A DNA stretch of 64,000 nucleotides, from positions 310,001 to 374,000 of the forward strand of contig NIVC01001037.1 of assembly GCA_002269645.1 (NCBI GenBank), given 5' to 3'. Under the pieces are notes generated by a model. The model did not search any database, was not told where the DNA came from, and worked only from the letters and a program-made list of their open reading frames with translations. This document shows positions 25,096 to 38,223 of this stretch, in pieces. The position numbers and the translations under genes are program-made. Source of the stretch: Macrostomum lignano. Taxonomy: Eukaryota. Each line of letters opens with the position of its first letter. Within the stretch, counting starts at the first letter, position 1.

Positions 25096-28000
25096 TCAAA
25101 ACGGCAAAGAGTTGAGCAGAGGCTGCGCCAACTTTCGGCTTTCCGGATTGTCCAGGTAAACACTTTTGAACACAGTTGCCAATTCTGCAGGAAAGATCCG
25201 CTCGGTGATGAGTAAACTCACCGGCAGTTGCAGCCTCTGAGCGCGACAAAACACGCGCAGCAGGTAGCTTTCAGTAAGGTCGCCCGCTTCGCTCTCTGGT
25301 GGGCAGCCAATCAGCGCCTCGTGCAGAGTGCAGCCGAAGGCCCACATGTCACCCGCCTGCGTTGCCAGCTTTGGATCTTCGCTGCTGACCCGTCGTAGCT
25401 CCGGCGCAGTCCACGGGTCATAGCGCCGGTGACTGTTAGCTACGTGAGCCGCAAGCTGAGACAGCATTCCGTAGTCGCTAAGCTTCAGCACGTGATTGTC
25501 AGTGACGAAAATGCTGGCCAGAGTGAGCCGGCCGTGAGTGATACTGTTTGAGTGCAGATAAGCTAGGCCGCTGAGAACCTGTTTGGCCACCATGTTACCA
25601 AACTCTCTATCCAAGCAGTGATGAATTTGGTCCCGATCTCTGATCCGATCGAGGCATTCGCTAAGCCGTCTTTTCGGCAGACTTATTGACAGTTCCAAAG
25701 TTGGTCGAGGCTCCAGACCGTACTTGATGTCGGCTACTTGGCAGAGATTGGCGGCCTCTGATTCTGAGCTGTCGCTCTTTGGGAACTTGAAACTCTGGAC
25801 CATGGCATCATCTATCAGTTTCTGCCACTTCCGATCAGAGCTTTGAGTTTCTATTTTTAACATAAAATAGCCCATCGAGATGGACCGGTGAGCGGTGAAG
25901 GCTGCCGCGATTTCTTGGGAATCATCGAGGTCTTCAAAATGAACGGAAGATTGTCGCCGGTTTCTACTAAAAAGCGAGAATAAAAGTGCCTCAGATTTAT
26001 ATTGTATTTCTATGCCTTGAATATAGCTCGTGTATTAGAAATGTATGACAGCCAGGAGGTTTGAAATCACCAAAAAGCAATCATCCATAAAATTCAGCAT
26101 GCCCTACCTTGCATGACCCGCCAACTGCTCAAAACCAAACTGCTGTGCCATGGAGGTTAGAGATATGCTCGACTGGTAGCTGATGACTGAGGTTGTCAGC
26201 CGCCTTTGTGTGACACGCCGTGACGCAACTTGTGCGATATCTTCCGGCTCATCCTCTTCTTCGTCTGACTCTTAAGGTCGCTGATCAGGGAAATGGTCAT
26301 AGTAGTGGCAACTTACCTCCGTCAAATGGCCCAGTGACTCAATTGTTGTTAGCCTAAAATGTAATCGATACGTTTGTGCATTTTTGGAAGATTATTATTA
26401 AGTAGCCACAGGATGTTACCTGTTTGTCACATCCATGTGGCTGCCACCATGAAGCTCTCTACCAAGATCCTTCATCTTGCCATCATCCGAGTGGAGCATG
26501 AGAGCTAGCGCACTGTCTCCGTACCTATTTTTCGCCGTCAAAGAAGCTCCACTATCTAGCAGTGCTTTGGCACACTCCGTTGACTTTTCTTGTACCGCCA
26601 GCATTAACGGTGTCACGCCATCTTTGTCCAGCAAGTCCACTGCGGCATTCTTCGATAGCAAACCACAAACTGCAGTCAAATTAGATTTCTGAGCGGCCCA
26701 GTGAAGAGCGCTACTCTTAGTCTCATTCTGATGGTTCACATCCAAAGCGAAGTTTTCCAACAGATAACTGAAGGCATCAGTTTTTTCGTGAAGTACCGAA
26801 AGCATCAGGGGTGTATCACAATGCAAGTCAGAGGCATCAAATAATTCGGCAGGCAAGTTTTGCTTCAAGTATTTTAAATTTTCAAGGTTCCCCGCAATCG
26901 CACCCAAATGGGCAGCATTGCGATTGAGTCTGTTGGTTCTCTTTAGGTCGCATTTGTATTCACTGTGAAGAACTAAGGTAAGCCTTGTTTTTTCTAGATT
27001 CACTGCTTCAAGAAGGGGTGTATCCCCATCATTGTCCGCCTCCTCAAAGGATGCATTTCTCTGAATTAAGTACCGCAGGATAGGCTCATGATTAGCCACT
27101 ACTGCCTTTTGCACTAAGCTGACACCGTGTTTTGTTTTAACTGACAAATCGCATTTAACTTTTTCAATGAGCTCTCGGCAAAGATGGAAATTGCCTCCGA
27201 CAACTGACCGAGAAATTGGTGTCTCACCATCCCTATCTGGGCGATCCAGATCGACTCTCACATTTATCATCCATGTGCACATGGCCTCGTGACCAGTAAA
27301 GAACGCCATGTTTCTGGCACCGAAAAAGTTCTCATCCTCATAGTTTTGGCCCGTTTCGTTGCATAGTTGTTGCAAAACCTTCAGTTGTCCTTCAAAAGCA
27401 AGAATTTCAAAGACTGAGGGTGTCTTCTTAGAAAATTGAATCGACAACTCGCCTTTTGCACGAAGGTGTCTGAGCAAGCTCATGCTGTTCGACATAGCTG
27501 AAATATGGCTTACTCGATATTTATTTTGCTCTTCCTCAAGAATAAGTGCAGAGTCGAATCCCTTCTGGACTAAGAGCTCGTACATTTTCACACTGCCCTT
27601 CGACGCCGCAATGTGAAGAGCAGTTTGTCCTTGTTTGTTTCTCACGTTTTTCTCAAAGTCAAACCTCGTCAGAAGCCAAGTCAAAGTGCTGAGTTTATTC
27701 TCTTTAGCAGCGATGTGCAAAACTGTGTCACCTTTATTGTTAACGTCATTCTTTGTCTCTGGATGCTTTTTCAATATTTGTCTAGCAACGTCAATCCTAC
27801 CGAAAATGACAGCGCTTAGAAGCGGCGTGTTGCCTCGTTCGTCTTTCAAATTAACGCTGGCACCCCGGTTGAGCAGTTCGGTGATGAGCTCGCTGCGACT
27901 CGTCTCAATTCCTAGATGCAGCAGGTGCCAGTCCTTCTCGAGGCGGTCAATCGATAAACCGGCATTCAAAAGTTCATTTAGATTTTTAAACTTCATTTGA

Positions 28001-31000
28001 AGAAGATTTGTTCGAAATACCTCAAATGATGCTGGGAGCTTCTCTGGAAAAAGGGGGGCCTCCTCCGCTTGAAGCAGTCGGATGATTGACGTCTTGCCTT
28101 TGTGATAGGCCTTAGCCATAGCGGACACTCCTTCTGAGTTCAAAAGACTCAAATCAGGTTTTTTGTCCAAAATTGATTTGCAAATCTTAAAATTGCCTGC
28201 AGAAATAGCCATGAATAGAGGTGTCTCGCCCATCTCGTCCACCGAATTAATGTCTGCCCCTTGCTGAAGCAGCAAGTCAACTAATTCAAGCTTTGAGCAG
28301 CGGGATGCCACATGAAGAGGAGTCTCCAACTTGCTGTTCTTGGCTTCCAAAAGAGTTGGATCTCGGTCGAGTAGGCTTTCAATCAGCTTCTTCAAACCTC
28401 CTTCGCATGCCAAGTGCAGCAAAGTGTTTCCGTTGGCATATTTGTTTGAAACATCGGAATCGCTCACCGGCAAAAGTTTGGACAGAACCTCTTCGTTGCC
28501 CCTCTGGTATCCAAGAGAGACCGCCGAGTGGCCTTCACAGTTGATTTGGCTTTTGCTGAGTCCAGCATCCACGAGCAAGCCAATCAGCTCTGCACTTCCT
28601 TTTGGTACGGCTAGCGTCAAGCAAGAATCGCCTGATTTGGTTAGACTCTCAATCGACATGCCTTTTTCTATTAAAACTTTCAAAACTTGCAACTTATTAT
28701 ATTTGCAAGCTACATGAGCAGCATTGAAGCCATCCTCAGTGACGGCGTCCACGCTGCACCCACGCTCAATGAGTGTCTGCACCACCTCATCAGCACTCTT
28801 TGAAGTAGACGCGATTGCTAGCATCAGCGGAGTTCGACCGTCTTTCTGTTGATTGTCTACGTTGCAGCCAGCATCAATCAGCTGTTTGATAACTTTTTCC
28901 CGGTCCCAAACGATAGCGTACTCGAGTGCTGACTTGCCAAAGATATCTTTCATTTCGACTAACTGCTGCTTTCGAGTGATCAAAGCCTCAATGATTTCAC
29001 TGGATCCCGACTGAGCCGCGAGCATCAGCGTTGAGATTCCACTCGAATCAGCGGCATGCACGGGAACACCTAGGTCAATGAACCGCTTTGCAATATGGGC
29101 CTTACCGGATTCGCAGGCTACATGAATCACCTGACGGCCATCTTTGGAGAATGACTTAGGAAAACAGTTTCTCGACAGCAGAAAGTTAATGAGAGCCATC
29201 TTTTTCTTTTCACATGCCAGCATGAGCGGCGTTTTCCCTGACTTGTCTTCTTGATCTAAAAGACATCCTTTCTGATCTAGGAACCTAAGTAGTTCTAGTG
29301 ATTCCGCTTGCACTGCCAAGTGGGCAGCATTTTCGCCCCCGTTGTTTCGAATATTGACATCTGCTCCCAAATCGTAGAGCTTCTCTGCCACCTCTTTATG
29401 CTTTTTTTGAACAGCTAGCATGAATGGTGTATTGCCTTGAAAATCTTTGGCGTCCGTCTCAGCATGCATCTCGTTCGACAGAAAGTCGACAGCTTCAGTG
29501 TGCCCACCGACAGCTGCGTAATGTACCGCTGTTCTCCCTACATCACAAGTTGCTTCCAAGTCGCTCATTGCCTTTTCTGACGCTTTTATAAGACGAAGAA
29601 CAGCGAGTTGGTTTCGTTTCGACGCTTGCATGATGATTGTCTTTCCTTTTTTCGTAATATTCACCAGCTCTTCACCAATCGAGTCCAAGTACTGCAAAAC
29701 ATCCAAGCTTCCTTGCTTCGCAGCGATACTGCAGGCTGTGTTTCCAGCATTGTTTCTAGTCTCTACGTTGCATTTGTTTGTTACAAGTATTTGCAACATC
29801 TTCAAGTTTGCAGGCTTCATTGCTGCGATCATCAGAGGCGTATTTCCTTTTTTGTCCTGGCAGTCGAGGGGTGCGGAGTACCGAATCAGAGCGTGCAGCA
29901 TCTCCATGTTGTCGGTCGTTGCTGCATAGTACGCCAGTGTGTGTCCGTTTTTGTCTATCACATTGATGTCGCAGTGTTTTTTGTACAGATACTCAACCAG
30001 AGGCAGCGACTTCTTCTGCGCAGAAACCAGGATGGCCGTCTCCCCTCTTTTATTTGGCACATCAAGCTGGGCTTTCCGTTTCGCTAAAACCTTCACCGTA
30101 GCAAGGTCGTTGTTGAAGCTGGCTCTCAGGACAGGAGTGATTCCGTTTTTATTTACTACATTCACATTGCACCCATGATCAGCCAGATACTCTACCATCT
30201 CGGGGCAGCGTACCTGACAGGCAGACAGCAGAGCTGTCTCACCATCTTTGTTATTCACAGCGTCCAAGGGCAGCCCACGCTCGTGCAGCTGCCGTAGCAT
30301 TTGGAACCTTTTATAGAGAGCTGAAATAAGAACTAGATCATTGCCGCTTTCATCGATTACGCTGCAGTCAGCTTTCTTCTCGTCGAGCAAATAGTCAAAG
30401 ATCTCCTGGGAGCCGCAAACAATTGAGCAGGCTAGCGGGCACGTTCCTGTCTTGTCCTTGATATTAAAGTTCGCGCCTTCTTCGACGAGAATTTTTACAA
30501 TATTTAAATGACTATTGACGATGGCAGAGAAAAGAGCGGTTCTGCCTGTGTCCCGAACTCTGTTCACGTCGCATTTTTTTGGATCAGCATTCTGACGATG
30601 CTGTCGTAGCCATTCTGAGCTGCGCAGAAAAGTGGAGAGCTGTTCGAATTGTCTGGCAGGTCAAGGTCCGCTTTAAGGCTGTCAACTAGGACCAGAAGCT
30701 CTTCAGATCCGTTAAGGGCGGCCGTGAAAGCGATAGTACGACCGTCTTTATATTGAAGGTCACATGGCTTGACGTCGTCTGTCTGCGGATAGTTGTTCAG
30801 CCAATATTCAATCATCTTCGTCGAGCCTTTCTGCGCAAAGGATAGTATCGATTCGTTGTGAACTTTGCAGTCGAATTGAAGAGATCTTTCTCGCTCTTGT
30901 ATCAGATCTAAGGACTCACGATCTTCAGCAATGAAGGCCAAATCTGCTGCAGTAAAGCCTTTCTTATTCCTCCATTGCAAATTTGTTCCACGTTCAACCA

Positions 31001-31547
31001 GAAGTCGGAGGAGTGGCCTGTGCTTCTTCATTATTGCGAGCATAAGTGGCGTGTCTCCATCGCTGTCAGCGGCATTGACGTCGGCACCTCTGGATAGCAG
31101 CAGGTTAACGACATCAGATTTGTCTTCATACGTGGCCGCGTGAAGTGCGGTAGCGCTTTTCTGACCTCGAGCATTCACATCGACCCCTTTCTGTAGCATC
31201 ATGCTGCAAAATCCCACATTGCCTAGCGCAGCTGCGCCTAAAAATGCACCAATTTCTGCATTCACTTCAGTCTCATCTTCGCTGTCGGAGCTTTCGGATG
31301 ACGAATCCTTCTCGCTACTCCCTTTCTCCGCCATAGCTTTAAACTTTTTAAATTTCGCTTTCATTTTCTTTTGCTCTTCTTTCATTCTTGCTTTTAATTC
31401 CTGAGGGTTATCCGGAAGGTTCAACTCTCTACTCCGCCGTTCCATTTGCTCGACGAATTGTCGGGGAAGTCCTTCGCCAGCCTGCATAGACTGCAGAGCA
31501 GCAAACATGCTGCCCAGCTCCATCAGCATGGGATTGAGCTCCTCCAT
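25096..31547 (-). CDS. Giant ankyrin-repeat protein, paralogue B, with a spliced C-terminal pseudokinase domain (about 2,070 aa predicted)
   Basis: ORFs 31547-30564 and 30567-26416 join if one A is added to an A7 run. Donor AG/GTAAC at 26420; proposed exons 26353-26317, 26270-26108, 25966-25096. The last encodes QVLSGLAYLH, HGRLTLASIFV, KLSDYG, WTAPE and DMWAFG. One further missing base is needed at the 26317/26270 junction. Confidence 0.8.
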
Positions 31548-32969
31548 ATTTGATGGAGTGGGTGCTTCTTTGTCTGAAAGAGAGGAATTTTATTTTAAAT
31601 TCATGGTAGTCGCTATGAAAATAGTCCCAGAATCCTGATAGATACTTAATATCAAGTCGCTACAGTGAGCATTTCTAGTTACAATTAAGACAGGTGACTC
31701 TAAAATCCGTGATTCTGGTGTCTGTTCTGCTTCTAACTTTAATCCATATCTAGCCGTTTGTACATAAGGTGTACGTGTTTAAGTAAAGCGGATATGCAAA
31801 GTTTGGTTCACTATAATTAACTTACCAGAGCAGTTCCTAGTTCTGCTGTGTTATTATTTAAGAAATCAAAAGTTAAAAAATGTAATGCCAAGAGCTGTAA
31901 AATCGCCATCTAGTTTTTAGTTCCATGTTGGCTGTGAATATTAAATAGGCCAGAGAAACGTGTGGTCTGTCTACCTACGTACATTTTAGCTCCTTCTAAC
32001 TCGTAACTGGGGGCTGTACGCATGCGAGAGCGTATGAGCGTACATTCTGTGCAATTACCGGTAGCTATTTCTGGCCAGATGAGAATTCCCTTTCCATACC
32101 AACCCACTACGAGTATAGCACACGGGCAGGATAGTCCGTCTTTTAAAAGCAACTTCTACCTTGTTATTACTCAGCAAGGGTTTCGGAGCGGAATGCTGGC
32201 TAAATTATATCAGAAGACTATAAGAGAATGAGGCATAAGTAAATTTGTTTTGGTAATTACTCTGCGAGAAGTAATTTGCGTTTATTGCCACTAATTTAGG
32301 CGTTTTATTTTCGCTGATCTGATCTGTGCATTTCTGACTAAATTAATGATGCTGTGTCATACTTTTTGAGGCTTTATAAATCCTAAACAAGTCATTTAAC
32401 TTGCTTCTTTCTCGGCCCTAGAGTTTGTGTTTTTATTTGAGTCTAAGCTCGAAATATATTACTGTGTACGTGCGTGGGACTGTCGGTACTACGCTCTGCA
32501 GGAGGGCTGGTGGGAACTGCTGTGATTCAAGACGACCACAAACGAGCGTTACTCAGTCCCCTGAGCACACAAATACGGTACGTATTCAGGTACACAATAA
32601 CATACTCGTAAAATGGGCTGTTTTACTGTCTCTCTTTGTCAGGCAGGTACCCGTTACGAGCTACCTTTGGGCGGCTGATTGCTTTAAAAGCCTCAAATTT
32701 ATCGTCTGCCTGCTGGTCGGCGCTGGTGTTCCTTAAGATTTCTTCTTTATCAAACTTGCTCAACTGAATAATAGTAATAATAATTGATTACACATCAGTT
32801 CTCAGCAGTTCTTGTAGTCCCAGCTGTTTTTTTACACTTGGTTCTTCTCGGTTCTTCTTTTTGTTAGTCTTAAAGCCTTGTGGTCGGGCTTTTCTCTTGT
32901 CTTCCGACGGCCGGGTATCGCGCGGACCAATAGGCCTCCGGTTATAAGTTGTAACTATTTTCTACCCGT

Positions 32970-33065
32970 AGTTCTGTAATTCTACCTCTAACTCTGCAAT
33001 TCTACTTGTAACTCTGTAATTCTACTTGTAACTCTGTAATTCTACCTGTTATTCTGTAATTCTGT
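32970..33065 (+). repeat. 20-bp tandem repeat, about 5 copies
   Basis: Unit actctgtaattctacttgta. Confidence 0.85.
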
Positions 33066-33074
33066 AATCATGTA

Positions 33075-33490
33075 TGATTCTCCCCGGACTGGATGATTAG
33101 TAACTGTCACATCCTGTCTGATTCACCCCGGACTGGATGATTAGTAACTGTCACATCCTGTCTGATTCACCCCGGAGCGGATGATTAGTAACTGTCACAT
33201 CCTGTCTGATTCACCCCGGACCGGATGATTAGTAACTGTCACATCCTGTCTGATTCTCCCCAGACCGGATGATTAGTAACTGTCACATCCTGTCTGATTC
33301 ACCCCGGACCGGATGATTAGTAACTGTCACATTCTGTCTGATTCACCCCGGAGCGGATGATTAGTAACTGTCACATTCTGTCTGATTCTCCCCGGACCGG
33401 ATGATTAGTAACTGTCACATCCTGTCTGATTCACCCCGGAGCGGATGATTAGTAACTGTCACATTCTGTCTGATTCTCCCCGGATAGGAT
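33075..33490 (+). repeat. 44-bp minisatellite, about 9.5 copies
   Basis: Unit tgattcaccccggaccggatgattagtaactgtcacatcctgtc; units start at 33075, 33119 and so on. Confidence 0.97.
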
Positions 33491-34639
33491 GAAGAATAAA
33501 GAAAGTCGCATTTCCATTCGAATATTTGCCTTTGTTGAATGAACTCCGGATTATAAGGCAATATTTTTTGTTTTAATTTTTTTGCAAATTATTTTAAAGT
33601 TTTAAATTTTCTTACCGAAAGGGTTACAATTTTAAATTTAATTTTCAAAAAAGCATTCAAGCTGCTGCTGTTGTTGAATTCAGGTCTGAAAATGAATACA
33701 ATAAAATTTTAAACAAATCATTTTTGACAGGTACGTCGTATTTATTATTTACGTTTCTACTTTTGAAATAAAAAAATACAGTAAGCATGGGATTCCACAG
33801 TGGGATCAAGAGAAGGCAGTGTCGCAGAGAAAAGATATAAAAATATTTTTGTAAAATTTTGAAACTCCTCAGTCGCTAAAAGCCAAACTTAGACAGTTAG
33901 AGTCATCAGCATTCGTCACTTTCTACTGTCAATACAAAGTTGAGAATATTTTGCAGGCCTTTCTGAATTTTATTAGGAAACCAATGAACTTGTACGTTGT
34001 ACTTCAGTTTAATGTTAGCAGCAACATACATGTAACTGAGTTGGTTAAGTATGCATAGTCCAATGTCATAAAACGGTCCTTGCATTATCAGTGTTTAATA
34101 TTCGGCAAGTGACGTTGGCCAGATATTGGTTAGATATAATTTTCTATTCAAGCACTTTAGAACTCAATCTACATACGAGTAAAAACTCTAAGCGGAAGTA
34201 CACGTTATACTTCAAATTCTATACCGAAAACTTGATTTTTACAACGCCCAAGGCTCGTTGCCAATGCAGTCGCATCACACGACTCATGCTACAAAGTGAC
34301 GAAGTCAATGAGCGGTAAAGGGTTTTCTCGATCACGAAAAACTAGTTTCCATTGATAGTGGCGTGAACGAGCCTTAGGTGAAGCAAAAAATAAGATAACT
34401 ACGGGAGAACATTGACACAGAATTCAGAGTTATTATCAGCTGTAAAAAAGTAACTAAGACACGTTCGCATTTTTGAAGGCTTCTAGCAGAAAGAATGCCT
34501 AGCCAAATCTATTGAGGAAAAACAGTTAAAAATAAAAATCAAAACCTGGCACAGTTAAAAGAACAACAGACCGGCCAACAGTAAACTGTATTTTTGTGGT
34601 CAACTCACGCTTTTCATATTATTCAGCTGCTGTCTCCAT

Positions 34640-37600
34640 TCAGAGCAGGCTGCACCCGCCGCTGGGTGGATTTTCAATGTACAGCATGTTCTCGAAGCCG
34701 TACACGAAGAAGGCGCCGAGCCTGCTGTCGTGCTCGTAATGGCACTCGGTCACTGGGACGCCGCGCAGCTGGTGCCGCTGTCGGATCACCCGCTGACCGG
34801 AGAAGTTCTTGTCGTGCGCCGAGATCAGCTTGCGAGACGCTTCGTTGACGGCGCGATAGGGAAAGTTTGTGATCGGCGATACCTGCAAGTCAGGGATTGC
34901 GTTTCACTTTTTAGTCCATATTTGGCCCATCATTCTTTGCGCGAACATCAACACAGAAGCGAACAATAGGCTTACACTTTCGGCCTCTTCCTCGAAAATA
35001 ACCTTTCCCGTGACGTTCCGCACCAGTTCGTCGGGCATGTCAGTCTTCTCCTCGATAAAGTCAACGTCCTTTCGGCGCCATTCGCACTTCATTTTCACGG
35101 TGATGACCAGCCGTTTTTGCCCCTTGCAGGTGCTGCACTGCTCGTCGCCGTTGCCTTGGCACACCGGACAGCTGTATGGGGTGCCGTGGCGAAGGTTGCA
35201 AGTTGAAGTTCCAAATTGATTGGCACAGCTCTGACAATGCAGAGGAAGTTTCTAATTCGGAAATCTCATTCAATTTTCAGTGGGATTCAACGAAGATGAT
35301 TAAAAATAACATAGCAAGATCTTTAAAGGATAAAGATGAAGCAATTATACCTCGAAAGAAGTACAGGTAGCTCGTAGCTGTTTCACTATGGTAGTACAAT
35401 GACACTAGACACGCATAAATCAGAAGTTCTCTAACATTGAATTAAGGACTCAAGGAACATTGTGATCACTATTCAGCATTAAGTTCTCCCTAAGAAGTCC
35501 TGGTTAGCAAGAGTAGCTCAGCGTTCGATTCTCGCACCAAAGTACTCTCGCACCAAAGTACTCTCACACCAAAGTACCAGGTCTAGTGCTCGAAATTCGA
35601 CCTCCTGGACTCGTGCGATATTCTTACCCATGAGGGCCAACTCCAGAGGCAAGAGAGTGTACATGCTTGAGGATGAGAAACTCAGAGCCGCTGTACATCC
35701 TATGCGAGAGTGTACTTGCGTAAGTTTCCATGTGAGTCCAATGGGTTTGACTGTTTGCATCCTCGCTGGTTGCGGTGGCTGTGACCACGACTGTTGCATT
35801 GCATGGTTTTGCGGTTGGGCCCAAAGACCCCTGCAACCTAACCAACTAAGCGATTCTGATTTTTACCGATTTTTATTAGAGGCAGGGGGCTGTGTCTTTA
35901 GAGGCAGGGGGCTGTGTCTTTAGAGGCAGGGGGCTGTGTCTTTAGAGGCAGGGGCTGTGTCTTTAGAGGCAGGGGGCTGTGTCTTTAGAGGCAGGGGGCT
36001 GTGTCTTTAGAGACAGGGGGCTGTGTCTTTAGAGACAGGGGGCTGTGTCTTTAGAGGCAGGGGGCTGTGTCTTTAGAGGCAGGGGGCTGTGTCTTTAGAG
36101 ACAGGGGGCTGTGTCTTTAGAGGCAGGGGGCTGTGTCTTTAGAGGCAGGGGGCTGTGTCTTTAGAGACAGGGGGGCTGTGTCTTTAGAGGCAGGGGCTGT
36201 GTCTTTAGAGGCAGGGGGCTGTGTCTTTAGAGACAGGGGGCTGTGTCTTTAGAGACAGGGGGCTGTGTCTTTAGAGACAGGGGGCTGTGTTTTTAAGCGA
36301 AATTGTCACACAGTCGGTGAGAGGCCGATCACCGACAAGAAGTTAACCGCTATTACAACGGTAACTTCTAGTAGTTCTTGCGAGAGGCAACTCGTTATTT
36401 ACTGCCCATTCTACCGACTCCCCTGAGCAAGCACACAAGCGCGCGGATACGTACGCAGTCGTAAACACAGGTACACACACACGCATACACACACAGGAGT
36501 GTACAGTGGCCCTACATTTATTTATCGTTAGGCATGTACACTTAACTGTGCCTTGGAGGTTGGCCCTCAGGGGTGTTAATAGCACGAGCAGAGCCAAGCC
36601 AAGATTCTAATGTAGCCTCAAATTAATGTGACTGCGCTTGGATTCGAGCCTGGGCCACTGGTACATAAGACCACTGCTGCGCTACGCTCCCCACCGCTCT
36701 TACTGCTTCTTCCCGTGTCCGTCGCAGTCGCCGCACACCACCTTACGCGGCACCGCGCCCTGCGTCTGCATCTTTTTGCCCTGACCGGAGCAGCCGCTGC
36801 AGCTGACCGTCTTCTTGCCGCGGCACTTGCGGCAGGGCACTCGGCCGCTCTGGCTGCAGTGGTGGCACGGCTGCAAGTTGAAATGTGGTTTTTGGATTGG
36901 GAGGTAAATTTTTAAATCGTACGCACAAACAATCACCGTGCTGCAATTTTGGTATCTATGGAACCCTTAAATACTATGGTAAAAAGTGTTCCAGTTTTTC
37001 TCCTTCCGTTATATTTTAGCTTGCGTTAACTTTTTTTAATATCACCTTAACCGATGCCGAGTGAGGTACGGTGATCTCTCTGTCCTCGTCCGCGAACATC
37101 TCTTTCGGGTGCAGCTCGATGTCCCAGGGGCCGGGGGCGCGGCCGTTCTCCCTGCCATCAAACTGCTGGCCCGTGTACGGCTCGTACGACCAGCAGGTGA
37201 AGCGGGACTCAACGAAACTCTCCAGGGAGTACTGGATATTCAAAATGGTGGCTTGTAAATTTGTGAAAAGTCTCCATAGGTGGGGCAGTCACATATAACT
37301 GTGACATACCGTAGCCTTCACAACAAACTACACATCTTAAAGCTTAAAAGCAGGTCAGGTTTATAGCACTCACATGCCAGGCTAGCGTGTTCTCGACCTT
37401 TGTGATTGGCATGGTACGCAAGTGACCCTGGCCGTTGCAGCACTTCTTCGGCGAATGTTCAATGAGAGTCTGCCGAGCGATCTCCTCTGTTACCTTGGGC
37501 AGCCTGCGAGTGAGATTTTTCATGTCTATAAAAGCGTTACGACTCGTTGAAAGCAATTCCTTCCATGTTTTAAGTGCGACTTACTTTTCAAAAGTCTTAG

Positions 37601-38223
37601 CACCGGCTTTGGCATCGAATTCTTGCCTTTTAGCCTTCGGGGCAGGCAGCTGAGCGAGGGCTGAAACGCGGCGGTCAAGGAGGACGCCAATTGAACTTGA
37701 AACTAATACTAGTAGGTTTGGATCTGATCTAGCTTATCTAGGGAAGTGTCATAAAACTTCCTGACAATCTCTGCGTTTATACGTCAATATTACTTTGAAA
37801 TAACGCCCAGGTATTTTTGCAATTATGATGGCAAAGAAAATGGCGGACATACCTGATGTATCTCTTGAAAGTGTCCTGAGAGAAATTTATAAAAAAAACT
37901 ATTCACCAATTTTTACTACGAGCGTACATAAGACAGGGAGGTGTCGTTCGCAAGAGGGCTGGGCAGAAAGCCACTTTAAAACAAAGAATTTTCTTGGGCA
38001 TTCGCCCCTCACCGCCAGGTACGCCGATCTTCTCGTATCCATCCAGCCCGTCCATCTCCTGCAGCTGCTTGTCGGCCGAGGCTCTCTGCTCCGCCAGCAA
38101 CCGCTCGTCCTCGCTGTCGTCCTCGCTGTTCCTGCTGTTGTTCCTGTCGATGCCTCCGTTGTTGCCGCCGAGGCCACTGCCGCTATCGGAGTTGACGAAA
38201 CCGACCTTCGACTTTGATGGCAT
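34640..38223 (-). CDS. SSUH2: Protein SSUH2 homologue (DnaJ-like CxxCxGxG zinc-finger repeats), 7 exons
   Basis: Proposed exons 38223-38013, 37660-37585, 37503-37374, 37231-37046, 36870-36704, 35171-34976, 34882-34640, all GT-AG and in frame. YSLESFVESR...PWDI...VPHSASVK, CxxCxGxG repeats and the C-terminal VSPITNFP...QRHQL...VYG match the SSUH2 pattern as I recall it. Confidence 0.9.
35878..36292 (+). repeat. 22-bp minisatellite in SSUH2 intron 5, about 19 copies
   Basis: Unit tttagaggcagggggctgtgtc. Confidence 0.97.
36630..36692 (-). mobile_element. Degenerate tRNA-like (SINE/pseudo-tRNA) segment in SSUH2 intron 5
   Basis: Minus strand ggagcgtagcgcagcagtggtcttatgtaccagtggcccaggctcgaatcc: A-box-like start, TGGT/ACCA stem with a 7-nt loop, B-box-like GGCTCGAATCC; stems are mismatched. 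Confidence 0.3.

Noticed and set aside
17489-30178. Plus-strand ORFs overlapping the ANK genes (also antisense ORFs over the SSUH2, LAT and EF-hand exons)
   Set aside because: Shadow ORFs of real coding sequence with no motifs.
32570-32900. Possible upstream exons of ANK paralogue B
   Set aside because: Donor- and acceptor-like sites exist but no unambiguous in-frame chain to the 31570 acceptor.
33075-33490. 44-bp and other arrays (29, 31, 28 bp) as possible CRISPR arrays
   Set aside because: Units are contiguous with no unique spacers, there are no cas genes, and the context is eukaryotic.
33075-33490. 44-bp array as tandem hammerhead ribozymes
   Set aside because: GGATGA resembles CUGAUGA, but no GAAA core or compatible stems were found.
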